Origin: Halocafeteria seosinensis | Lineage: Eukaryota | Direction: 5' to 3' | Assembly (NCBI GenBank): GCA_001687465.1 | Contig: LVLI01000117.1 | Coordinates: 62,001-120,066, forward strand | Length of the DNA: 58,066 bases | Shown: positions 1 to 13,200 of the stretch, one piece after another | How the letters are laid out: every line of letters begins with the position of its first letter | Position numbering within the stretch: the first letter of the stretch is position 1 | Program-made: the position numbers and the translations under genes | Notes under the pieces: model-generated | Database searches by the model: none | What the model saw: only the letters and a program-made list of their open reading frames with translations | What the model was told of the DNA's origin: nothing

Positions 1-936
1 TACGCCCTAGAGTAAAATCGATGAGCATGTTCATATCTGTACCACGAGTATTTTATGCCGTTTTCAAATAATCTCGAAGCGTTCATTATCAAATTGCACG
101 GGCTTACCTTCCAACACGAACGTATTCCATGCCCCCTAGAATGATAGCCTTTACAGCTTGTGCAATGAATGCATCCGTTTTGTAGTACAAGGCAGCATTT
201 TCATAGGCTTTTCCCGCTTCTTCGTGGCTGAGGTCGTCATGGTGTAGTTTTGCGATTGACATTTCGATCTGGTTGAGATATGCAGCTAACATAATTTTCA
301 AGTTTTTAGCAGCGTCGTTGTACAGTCGTCAATAATACTTACATTTGCGCACACAGCGTAATGCCCCAAGTTCTTCATATGCAATACGGCTTTCCGATAA
401 ACGGTAACAGCTTGAAATGCGTCAAACTTGCTAAACGATTCCCCTGCCTGAATATAGTACGAAGCCGCCAAATGCTCTTGCCGAAGTCTCTTCTGCAGTC
501 AACATTGTAGCTATTATCCGACGGGAGCTTAAACGAAGAAGAAAGACTTTACGTTAGAGTCTCCACAGGCCACATAGCACTCCCCAGCTCTTGTCCCTGG
601 AGAACAAAACCAGAAGCATAACATAATGGCCAGGCTGATTGATCTATGTCACAACAGACTTACATTGCGATAGTATACAATACTGTTTCGCGGCTTCTTC
701 AAAAATTACGCAAGCTTGCTGAAATTTGTCTTCTGCTGAGAGTTTGGCCACTTTTTTCAAGAGAGCATGACCCTGATGAAAAAGCATATATATCAAGGAT
801 ATACATGATTTATAATTCTGCATTGCTACTGTGCTCATAGAGGGCATAATGGGCATCTTACCTTGTCTTCAAGAGATGTGGCCAGTTGCCACCTCTCTTG
901 CCCTTGCTTGTTTTTATAATGAGCGCTGGAGGTCAT
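1..936 (-). CDS. alpha-SNAP/NSF-attachment-protein-like helical repeat protein (multi-exon, 3' end runs off the window)
   Basis: ATG at 936 (MTSSAHYKNKQGQERWQLATSLEDK), then a GTAAG donor at 861. Later exons read FQQACVIFEEAAKQY, RAGECYVACG, AASYYIQAGESF and AGKAYENAALYYKTD, the spacing of SNAP/TPR-like helices. Internal exon boundaries are only partly resolved. Confidence 0.6.
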
Positions 937-1210
937 TGTCTTGTGTCAGCCAAAAGAATAATAGCGAATCTACGTATATAATACACTCAATCCTCTGAAA
1001 GTTCGGTAATACATGTGTAGAAAGAGCAAAGCGTAAAAAAAAAAGCAACTTGAACTCGCTTCAAGTTTAACGCATTAAAGCCTTATGCTACTTTAAATAA
1101 CGATTTTTGTGATGCTTCCGTATACGTTTCCCAGGGTAGCGTAGTTGTGTATATTCTAAATACTGAATACTACAATCTACGCGGAGAGTAGAAGTCATAC
1201 TGGGATTGAC

Positions 1211-4200
1211 TTACTCGTCCGTGTTCAAACACATTGCAACACCTTGCAGCACCCAATGGCTTTCATGGTGTTCAGTGTTTAGAAAAGCGTCAAATACAAG
1301 CCCTACACCCATTGCATTCCGACGCTGTTGTGTGACATAGACTGGGGTCTGGAAAGTACCGTGAAGTTTTAACTTGGAAGCTTCAATGGGAATGATCTGA
1401 ACTATTGGAAGTTCTTCTATCAAGACTTTCGGACGTTGCTCACGGAGAACATTGCGTTCGAAATCCCAACTGGCACCTTCCAGATAGATACCCGACACGT
1501 AGCATCCGTCCTCCGAAGGACCCGGTACGTCTTCAGAGGTGCGATAGTGAGTGACTTCGGTATATAGAGTAGACTTATCCAAGGGCCAATTACGTCGTCG
1601 ACAAGTAGATTGCACCAAAGCAGTGAGGTAAGATTCGGGAATATGCAACCCCGACAGCCAGATCACCGTGGGCTCCCCATGGTCTATCCAACTCTGATAC
1701 TGAAGATGTCTGGAACGGAAATGTTGCATCCATGAACCCAATGGTTTTTGAGTATCGGGAGCGAGGGACTTCCAGAGTCTTGGGATTCGTCCATCGAAGA
1801 TAGCATCTCCTATCTCTTCCAACTGATCGCTCATGCCGATTTCGCCTGCAAGAGCACGCTGAAGATCCAACAACGAGCGTTTCATGGAAGTAACGAGGAA
1901 ATTCCACCGTTCAAGTTCTTGAAACAAGACGACCTGCGTAGGGGTAGGTGCACTACCTTCGGGAACCAACCTTCGTCGGATATTGTGGGTGTCTTCGGGT
2001 TCAGGAACCTGCTCCAAAAGATCCGCCACGGAGTTTCCAATGTGCTCCTCACGTGACACGCCACCTGCTGCCGTGGAAGAACGAGGCTGGAGATCGATGA
2101 GATTGCGCCACAAATCTTTCGCCGCATTTGTAAAGTAGTTTATTTCGGCGTTCGGGTGCAAACCATACACTCCCGGCCCACTAACAAGGGGCAAAGTCTC
2201 AACTTTTTCAATGTAGGTATCGATTGAACCCCATGGAGGCAGGTCATAGTCAAAATCTGCTCTGGAGAAGTAAAATGGCTGATTTTCATCAAACAGGAAG
2301 TCTCCCATGTACTCGTCCAAGTAAGTATTGAGGACGCGGCGGTCGTAATCATCACTGACACGACCTCCATACATTGCATCCCCTATCAGATACTTCAACG
2401 AGCCCCAAGGGATCATTTCATCATTATTTTCCCATGCTTTTAGTAAATAAGTTGACATCAGCTGTCGACTCACCCGGAAGTCCGATTCGTTGAAGTCGTA
2501 ATTGACATTCATACCTAATTTTCCATATTTCCGTCGTTCCAACAGAACAGCATGCAAGAAACACAGCACATAGACAAGCGGACGGTACGCCGGATGTGGG
2601 CATTCCTCCAAATCAGCTTGGGTGAGTCTAGAGTAGAGCGCCCGCATATTCAACTTCAAACCATCCGGTGGTTCCGTTACTACCTTCAGGGACTGCTGCA
2701 AGATTCCAAGAGGAAATTTGTCGGTCGGTTCCGTGGTAAGCCACAGACGGAAATCCGGGTGAGGTTCCTTCAGTGTCTGAATAAATCGCTCAAGGTTTTG
2801 AAGCCAAGATAGCAACAGATGGCAGTTTTGAAGTAAAATCCAGTATCCACGCTGCGAACCCAAATGAAGCAGCTCCTCGGCCTTCTTTTCTTGACCTTGG
2901 CCAAGAGCCAGGAACTTCAGCTTGGAGGGTGGAGGAAATCCTTTTTCAATACCCAAAGACTGGATATCGCTCTGAGGATCCGCTCCAGGGGATAGAATAA
3001 ACACTACTGGAGATAGTGCCGTGCTCTGATTAAAGATGCGGTGATAATTGAGTACCGGTGGTTGTACAAACCGTTCTCCCATCACGTGCATAACAAACCT
3101 TTTAACGCCGTTGTATACCCGATCGGCACGGAAGCAACGAAACACGAGAAGATGCTGGAAATTATTCAACATATCAGAAAACCCTGCAGGCAGAGGTTCT
3201 TGTTCTGGAGCTTCCTTATCATACCATTCTTTCCAAACATCTAAGTTATTTTGAATATGGTCGATCAGCTGTGGCCAGTAATCAGACGTAGTCATCGTTT
3301 TCAATTTCATCAAATCTTTCCATCCCTTGTCACTGATCCAATCCACAGGCTTCTCAGTTTCAGGAGCACCGACACTCACATCCCCTTTCAAGAAAAAATC
3401 CAACTCATCCCTATTCAGCTCATTGTCTCCCTCCATAATCATTGTAGTCATCTGCAAGGAAAACATCAGTTTGTGCCGCTCAAATATACCGGTGCAGGTG
3501 AAATCGTAGATTTGCTCAGTCGTCTCCTGAATTATATATCCAAGACGCTTTTCAACATTCGCATCTCTAGCAGAGAGCTTGAGACTACGTTCAAACACAC
3601 TCAAGAAGCTGGCAAGTGAGATTTCGTACATTCTCATAATGTTTGCCAGTCCTGTCACGGCGAAAAACAAAATGGAGCCTCTCCTCGCAGCTGACGTATA
3701 AATGGTTCTTGCTTTATCAATATCGGCTTTTGTTACGGTCGATTCTTCGAGCTTCCCTTTGATCTCCACACTCTTTGATTTAGCGTTCTCCAACGTTGAG
3801 ATCAGCTCCTCGTTGTCAAGCAGGTTGCCTGTGGAAGAGTTCAAGTTGCGGAGTAACTCCTCTTCCAGCTTTTCCAACATTTGCATGTTTTCACTCATCT
3901 CCGTTACCAGTTCATTGAATTGCTTCTCTAAATCAGGTCGTTCGTTTGAAACAACCACATTGAGTAGCTGGTCTTGAAGCCCCTGAAGCGTCACCGAATA
4001 GTTGATTATCATTGTCTTTCCCATGATTTCGGGGGAATAATGAGGGTTCGAAAGCTTGCTGGTCATAAACAACCTAAAGTTAGCGTCCCATTCAATGTCC
4101 TTGTCACCTAATTTGATCATGCGTTGTTGCCCTTCCATGTAAGTGTTCTGCTCCAAAATCGGGTCAATCATTGGATCTAGTTCCTCATCAACTGCTTCAA

Positions 4201-7200
4201 AGAGAAACGGTTTTCCATACTGGATTGCTAGTTCCATTTGACGCATAAACCCACTGTCAAGGAACGTGGAAACAATCAAGTTATCCCCTTCCTTGTTTTT
4301 GATCCATTTCACCGCCTGCTGCTGAGGGTCGATGCACAGAGGGAAACGGGAAGCTTGAGTCGTCAAGATGCCATTCATGACGCTGTGAGTATCAGCCGGA
4401 AGTCCCTGAGCAGCCCATGTCTGAACCGTAGCATCCGTCACCATGAACTTCTCGATATCAAACTCCTCAGTATGAGGAAGTTGCTTGTTTGCAATGCTCT
4501 TTAACCAATCATTATATATCAGAGATTTCCTGTAATCAAAGGTGAACGCCCCTAGGTACGACAGGAAGCCAGCGGCGATCAAACAGTCACCGATAAGCCG
4601 TTTGTGCTGATCCTGCAGCTTCGTGATATCTCCAGTCCACCGTTCTTCTTCTGAGCCAAGGCCGCTAATTAATTTCGATGCCGACGTCAGTCGCTTCTCC
4701 ATCAACGCGGCGCTCTCTTGGAGGTTCTGGAGCTCGGCAGAGTTCTTTTTGTAGTCCTTGTTTAACTGACTGATCTCCTCTCTCAACTTTTCCAACTTAT
4801 TGTTAATATCGGTCAACTCTTTTTGAGCTTTTGTTTGCTGTGTTTCCAATTCCTTAACTCGGTCTCTCAGGGGTTTAACGTTCTTCGCAACGTCATAATA
4901 GTGGCTCAAGGCTGTTACCCACTGGAACAATCCTGCTCCCGCACGGGAGACGGACTTCATCCCTTCATATGTCATATTTGCAGATTTCATTAAGCTGTTA
5001 ACCTTCTTCATTTGCTTGTCCGTGATGCGATCCTTGTCGTAGTTCTTCAATCTTTCCAAAAAGCGGGCATCAGCCATCATACTCTTACACGCTTTCCATC
5101 CGCCCTGGTCGTCTTCACGACCGGAAGGCTTCAGATACAAGACACATAAACAAGCATTCTTCACGCCTTCGGGTGGCTGCGCAAACGCTTTGATTTCATT
5201 GATATCCTTGGAATCTAAGTTCTCGAGAGCCGCAGCTGCCGCTTCCAGTGCAGGGATGGCCGCTTCAAGAGATTCATTGGCTTGCGCAGACTGCTCCTTG
5301 ATTTCTTCGTTCATCTTTTCCAATTCCGCTGCTTTCTGCTGCGCCTCTTCGGCTTGTTTATCCGCCGTTTTCTGTCTCGTTTCAATTTCTTCTATCATCT
5401 TTTCTACTTCCACAGTTTTCTGGTCAACGTCCGCCTTTTTAACCTTGAGCTCGCCACTCATTGTGTCAACAGTTTCCTGAGCCTCCTTTAGCTTGGAGAG
5501 ACCTCCTTCGAGTCGGCCAATACGTGTCTGAAGTCTGTTTGAGTTATCCGACATCTGCTTCTGGTAGTTCCATATGAAGTCCAGGTAGTTCTTTGGTGTC
5601 ACGTAGTTATGACGGCGGAGTTCCTTGGCAAACTGCTCACTAGATTGTACCACAGTCTCGTGAACGTGGACCATGTGTTCAATGATGCTCTCTTTAGTGT
5701 CCGTGTTTAAGTCCTCATTGCGCAGAAAAAACGTTGCCACTTTGTTAAGAGCTTCAGAAGGCCAAGGGAAGAACCAGTCGATAACAGTATTGGAAACCAA
5801 CCCGGGAAAATTGCGGCAACGCCTTCGCAATGTGTCACCGGAAGGACTCATAGCCAATACCAAATGCAAGTTATCGCGACACTTATTCACATAAAAATTC
5901 CAGCAATTCTCTTTGGTGGGATACAAACCTGCATCCTTAACTTCCTGCATGACACTGTTACTAAGATTGTCTTTTTCATCTGAGTCGTAGAGAGCCGGCA
6001 CCATGCCCGTAGTTAACATGTTGTTTATCAACTCAAGAAAGCCCTCTTCAACCACATGAGCGTCAGTAAACAGAAAGACAACTGGGCCTTCTCCAAGCAT
6101 CTTGTATAGTTCCTTCAGTTCTTCGCGGAAGTCTCTCTCAGTATATCTGCGTGTGAGGGTAATCTGAAACAGCCTATACCCGGCTAGAAAGGTAGCCAAC
6201 TTCGTCAAGCTTTGTTTTCCGGAGCCGCCCACACCAACAAGGAGAGCGTTTCCACGTTTCAGCCTTATGATGCGGTAAATTCTTGTAAGGTGTTCAATAG
6301 CCATCTTAAAGAGAACAAGCTGCATTTCCCTTTTCTGATGGTTATACTCTTCGAGAACCTCATCCAGAATGGGTTTGACGGAATCGTAATCTCCTAAATC
6401 TTCATAAAGCTGAGGGTCCTCGGCATCATCTACTATGCGCCGTGCCGCTAGTCGGAAATCCCCAAACACCAAAGGATCCTTCAAGATTTCCTCCGAATCC
6501 TCGGAGAAATGAGCTTCAATCTGCTCGGAAATAAGGCCAGTGACAAACTCTCGATCGGAATCACTTATCAATCTGTCACAGAAGACGCGCTCCATTTCAT
6601 TCCTCCAAAGGCGGACAAATTCTACACTTGATGTAAATTTGTCTGTTGTTGCTTGACAGAGACCCTCATACACACGCCCGAGGTCTCTCAGATTGAAAAT
6701 ATAATGGAATTTATTCGGCGTCGGAGGTAACCTTTCAACAATTTCTTTGTAAAGCTCCAAAGTGCACGGCGTGAGCTTCTCACAAGCCTCTTGTACCGGC
6801 TCCGGGAATTTCCCGGCAAATCGCTCCAAGATAGATCCATAAATATGCTGCAATACGTCATCTGTTGGCGCGGTTAAGTTGAACATGGAAAATAGGCTCA
6901 GAAAACGCGGATCTACGCTGTTCCTTCCACCACTAGGTGGTCCCATCGCTGCAACGAACATCAGGTCCTGAAATCGCTTTAGCTCAAGATCCTTTTCTCG
7001 ATCATACATGCTTCCATGTTCCAACAAGAATTTCAGCAAAGCAATAGGTTGCTGTGTACCATAGATATCAATTTTTGGCATATTCATATCGTCTATAAAT
7101 ATCATCAGCTTCTTGCCTACAGGAGGTCCAAAGATTTTCCCGCTACGCTTATCAACGTTAGCCTCAATATTCGACTGGACATCCTTCGAAGTAGTACGCG

Positions 7201-10200
7201 ACGAGAAATTCATATTCAGGAAAGCAAAACTGTCTTGGTCCAGCTCCCGGAGGAAATTTTGGATTGTTACGGATTTAGCTGTCCCCGTTTCTCCAACAAA
7301 AATGGTTGGCCTACTCACGTTAACCATCTTCTTCAGAAGTGCGGTGTACATGACACTATCAGCAGTGGGCACAAGAATCTTATTGAACTCGAAAGGCACT
7401 GGTGGTTCATACTCAGGCACCTCTTCATGCCAGCTACGCCACTTGCGCATGTCTCCATCGTAAAAGTTGTGATATATGTTTTCAGGCAGGGCTATCTCAG
7501 CAGTCCGCTTTACAAACTCCTCAAAGCGACTTCGCTGGTCATCTTGGAGCACGGCTCCTATACTCCAAATTACAGCATAAACGTAATATCCCTCAAGAAG
7601 ATCGAAATCCGTGTACTCTTCATCAGAAACCAAGAGCCCATCCAACATAGAGCAAAGTTGAGTAACCAAATTCAACTCTGTACGTTGTACTGCAAAGGAA
7701 CAGGGTGGTTGCGCATCCTCGTTACTTCCGTCCTCAGGCAATTCACCTTCCAGAACGAACTCTACGCAGCGGGGGATGTACTTCTCATACAATTCCATTA
7801 GAGATGCATGTTCCGTTGGCCTCTCAGCAGTACGGAGCTTTAACCAGCGGTAGTAGTACGGATAATACCGAAGATTCTTAGGATCAACATACGTCATACC
7901 ACACCGGCTAATAGTTGCCGGTGACGCATACTGGAGATCGAAAACTTCAATAAGCATTTTGCAGTGGTCAACCAGCTGGATACGCTCACCATTCGGCAAC
8001 GTTAGAAGTTTGTTGTCGTCCATCACAGAATTCATGTTTTCAACCCACACCGCATCGACGTCACCGTCGTAAACAATCCAACGGACTTCGTCCTCTTTCC
8101 CCTTGGGAAGTGGTCTATTGCACTCACGGAACAACTTTGAAAGAACGCCGTCTTGCCAATCACGAGTTTCAGGATCCATAATGCCGTACAATTCATTTAC
8201 AGTAATTGCTTTCGGGTTGAGCGTAAAAGTCTTGACTGTTTTACCGAATGCTGGTGAGGATGCTTTCTGCAGCGCGTTCCGCACTGTAGATTTGCCCCCT
8301 CCGGTAGGGCCGACAATCATAGTGGTGTGCCTAGTCAACATCGTCTCGTATAGTTGGATGCACTTGTCAACTTGAAGCTGAAATTTCTTTTCATCATCGT
8401 GCCGCATAGTATTACGCTCAAATTCCTCCTCTAACGCGGTTTTCAGCTCAGGATATCCAACACGGGGACAATCCAAGCCTGGGAACAAATCTTCAATTAA
8501 GCCATGGAACAGAGGTACGTCTTCGTACACGAACTTCGGCATGTTGCTGTCTCGGAGGGATCGCATCAACACAAGCTCCTCCGTCATATCACTATACTGG
8601 CGCTTCAAGCTCCCCGCCATTACGAGTACACTCTTCAATGCTCGAAGGCCCCAGTCATAATGGTACTGTTTGGACAGTTGCTCCTTTGCCAGCCTGTATA
8701 ATGTGGTCATCTTTTTCGCAAGCACCTTCGCATATTCGAAACCCTCAGAAAAGAGCATTATCTCACAAATTTGAAGCAAGTCAGGTACCACCATTGTCAC
8801 TGGTCTAAAAAGAGCCTTCAAATTCGCCGGAAGTTCGGTCCTTCCGGCATAGCCGGGATTCATTGTAATGAAAATACCAACCTGTTGTTTAATTCGTATC
8901 TCCTGTCCCATTCCGATATCAACGGTTTCTTTCTCATACAAGAGCGCATTCTGTAAGCTACGTAATTGTGCCGAAACAACAGACAGCACCTCAATGTTTA
9001 TGCGGTTAAATTCGTCGAAGCAACCCCATGCACCAACCTGGGCAAGGCCTGAAAAAATAGCCGCCATCGCCCTATAGTCTAAGCCTTCACCACAATTGAT
9101 GACGAAACAAGGAAGCGCTAAATTTTTTGCTAAGTCCTTCACAGTTTCCGTTTTCCCAGTACCAGCAGGACCGGCTGGAGAACCTCCAAGCTTAAAAGTC
9201 AGTGCTTGAGTCAAGGTCATATAGCATCGATCTGTAAGAGGAGTTATTACTAAACGCCCGTTTAAGCCCATGTACTCGTAGCCGTATCCGAATTTGCCCG
9301 TACATTGACGTATTTCTATATCATCCTTGTCTCGATCCCAGTAAAAGCGCAGCTGCGATTCCCAAGCGAATTCTCGAGCATCCAGAATAGAGTCCCGGAC
9401 GAACTGATCGATGATGTCTCTAGCATGGACGTCAATAATTAGCAATGTATTGATTTTAATCCGCGTCATTTCATCCAGAGGCTCGCGCACGACCGCCACA
9501 AGTTCCATTAGCTGCTCGGTCAGCTTCGAGGCAAACTTCTTCATGGCATATTTGTCACCCTTAGCAACGCGTCGGAAGGTGTCCTCCGTACCCCACGTCC
9601 ACCATATCTGGGAGCCAACCATGGTCACCATTCCTAATTGCTTGCTCACCCACTCAGACCGCTTCATGTGCGCGTACTCGTATACGCCCTTCTTCGTAAT
9701 TTGATGCAACGACTTTTGCATTTCGTCTTCAACGCCGCTCATCCATTCCTCCACAGGCCCTTCGACAGGGGCAGCATCTAAAGTCGAGAACCACTCTCCC
9801 TCAGAAGACGTAAGTTTGTTTATGACACTATTGCCCCTAGCAAAGCCTAAGGACTTAACATTGTTAAAGAGCTTGAGCAGATGCTCTTGGATACCTGTCA
9901 CCTCAGAAGAGCCCAAAACCGCTAAGAGCTCATCATCAGAGATAAAGAAGAAACGCGGGAAAGAGTTCCTTTTGCTATTAAGGTACTCGCTTAAACTCTT
10001 CTGACACTTGTCCAAACGTTCAGCCAGATCTTCCAGCAGACTTTGCCGTCCCTCTGACACACAGGCATCCACTATATTCGGATTTTTCGATACCGTGGAC
10101 ATCAGCCCTTTAAAGGCTTTATCAATTTCACCAAATTTCTTCGCTTCATCTGGAAGTTGTTGCTTAATATCTTCGTTGCCTACAAATATTCCCTCTAGAT

Positions 10201-13200
10201 ATTGCCAGCGTTGCTGAACGCTATGCCAGGTGTCTAAAGTTTCGGACACAACAGTCAGGTTTTTGCTCCACCGCTGTACTTGGTCCATGAAATTGGCCAC
10301 AAAACGAGAGCCAGACATTGCCTGGAGCTGGAGAGTGTGATCTTCCAAGTCATTCTTCACTTCTTCGTCCGGGACAATAAGGTACGAGCGGAATTGTCCG
10401 TCTTTATGATACTCACTGAGAGTAAAATCAGTCGAGTGCCACTTGGTCTCAATCTTCCGGAGCTCCTTTTCGATCTTCATTTCTTGCATGGCCTCGTTTA
10501 CTATCTCTTCAATTTCTTCGCTATACTTGGACAGATTCATTTCAAAAAGCTTCTGCAACGTGAAGGTGTGGGGATTCATATTAAACTGTACACCCGTAGT
10601 CTCCATAAGTTTCTTCCAGTGTCGCTCCTTCATAGCTTCGTTCTTCAAACTCTGGATAAGGGGAAGTGAGTCTTTGAACGCATTGACTTCCGCATTGATT
10701 GAGTCGAAAAGTGACATGTCTTTGAGTTCCTTCGGCAGTTTCCTCATCTTTTCAACGATCGCTTCGACTCCTCTGTTGAGAGTGTTAATATCTAGGGCAC
10801 TCCATAGCATATTCGATTGACTTTCCGTGAATGCTTTTTGCTCGGAGTATACTTCATAGAGCTGATTGACCTTCTCAATATCATCGCGGACTTCAACCAG
10901 TGGCGGATACTTCGACCGCTCCAACCCAAACAGAAGCTGTGCATTGGTCAGATCATCGCGACGGCTTTCCATTTCTTGTAAACGACGTTTGTATTCTTGG
11001 AGTAGCTCAAGGCCTTCGTCAAGATTGATACTCGGCTGAGCAGGCCCACTAGAAAAGTAGCTCTGATGAAACTCCTCACATTCCTGCTTAAACTGTTCCA
11101 CATCTTGGACTGTGACATCTTTAAATTTCTCTTTCACGCGGACAAGTCTTGCATCCTTCGTTAGGGCAGCGTTCTGTAGCTTGTGTATATCCGTGTCGAT
11201 CCTATCTGCAGCATGGAGGTCATCATCATCCAAGTCGATGCGGTCTTGATGGCGTTTGAGTAGCCGATAGCGTTCCTGAATATCCATTGCCTCTAACTCC
11301 AGCTCCAGTTTCGACTCCCGTATTGTCTTAATAGAATTGAGAAGCTGCTTCAGCTCCGGCAGATCCTGTGGATCCACGTCGAGCTGCTCATGAGACGATT
11401 CAATCCTCTCATTAATCGCTTTCAATTTCTGAGATGCTATCACAGACAATACGCGACCGAACTCGGCCACGAGACTCTCGGCCTGATTCCTGCACGCAAC
11501 CGCCACAGGCTGGCAGTCCACCCATAAAAAGCCTATCAATTTTTGTGTTTGAGCCTCTCTAACTTTGTCGGCGAGCCGGGCAAACACGTCTAAACGAGCT
11601 TCAAAATAGTTTACCGGGGGGCACTTTTCAATCAGTTTGTCCATTTTTCCTGGAGGACGAGACTCCCAAAGACCGTACTCCTTGCCATAGTTTTCCCAAG
11701 CGGAGGTAAACTGATTGACATCTTTGACTACACTATACAATGCGTCCATTCTGAGAGTCATGTGATTTATAGCGGGGTTGTGCCGAATATCGCTATAGAA
11801 CGAAAAATCTGGAGCTGTTTGTCCTTCTTCGGTTGGCACCTCAGCCTCTATACACGTACCATCAATCCACCGCACAAACCTCTGCGCTGCCTTCCCCATA
11901 AACTTGTGAAGATTATAAATATGCTTCGCCACGCTTATCATTGGAGGGTGCATTGAGAAAATGTCATCTGATTGGTGGGTCACTTTGACACGTATCACAG
12001 GAGGAAACGCAGGCCATTCCACCGGTTCGAGTGAAGGATCTACAGGTGCTCCGGCAGCACGAGTGGCAGCAGCTTCGGTGGAAGTCGACATCGATCCCGG
12101 TTTCAATGGTATCTCAGTATTGGCACCTTGGCCGTGTTTCGTTCTAACATCGAAAGGTATATTCAGAATGCCTTGGAGCGCTCCTAGAGATGCCAAAATC
12201 ATCTGAGATATGGCGTTGTAGATTCGTCTTTCCCAATACTTATAAAACTCACTCATTTCTTTGGCAGCTCCCGTAGAAGAATGAGCAATAAATCCTTCGA
12301 TCTGGGACATTACAGGGCGGATGCTTCGGTACTTTGACACTAACTCCTCTAGTCTGCTATCAGCCTTCTGGGTTACATGCTCATAAAAGTCCGAAACCTC
12401 CATAGGCAGTATGGAAGGAGGAAAATCTTCAGCACCTATCAACACAGTTTGACTGATACTTTGAACCACGTCCTCCAGAATATCAGTAGACTTCCTCACC
12501 TGAGACAGCACATTTTCAAATTCGGTTAATGCTCTACTGACGTCATCAATATAAGCAATGATATGTAGACTGTTCCAGTTAAGAGGCGTAAACCCAGGGC
12601 GAACGGCGCTGCGCAGTTCAGCGAGGTGGTGCTGCAGTAATGAGGCCTCGACCGGCCTTAACTGGCCCAAGACAGAGTGATACCTTCGCAGCAGCGAGGA
12701 TAGCCTAGCTCGGTAATCGTGAAATTTGCCCTCCTGAAGCGCCACGTTCAAAGCAGACTCGGGAATATCGAATCCTAATCTGTCCAATAACTTACTCTCC
12801 CGGATGATTGTAAGTAATTCCGGATCAAAGTTCACAATAAATGGAGGACTAGGAAGGCACATTGCTTCATAATCTACACCAGGCCCCCGTTTTGCGTTGG
12901 CTGTTGCCGCGGCTGCAGCACCCGCGGCTAAAATGATACCCTCGCCAGCTTCAGCCAGCACTTCTTTGTCTTCCATGCGGGGATGGTCACCACTTTGACG
13001 ATTCCATGGATTTGCTTTCCCATCTGGTGACATGATATCTCCAGGCAGTAAGGGAGAAGGAAACAATTCCGGCCCTAGAACTGGTTGCTTCAACAAATCA
13101 GTTACTTGGGACTCCACTTGAAGCGCCCATCCAGCATAGTGCTGTTTGATGTAGCTATCAATGGTCTTCGCGAACTTCAGGTAGTCCTTCTTGAGTTCCT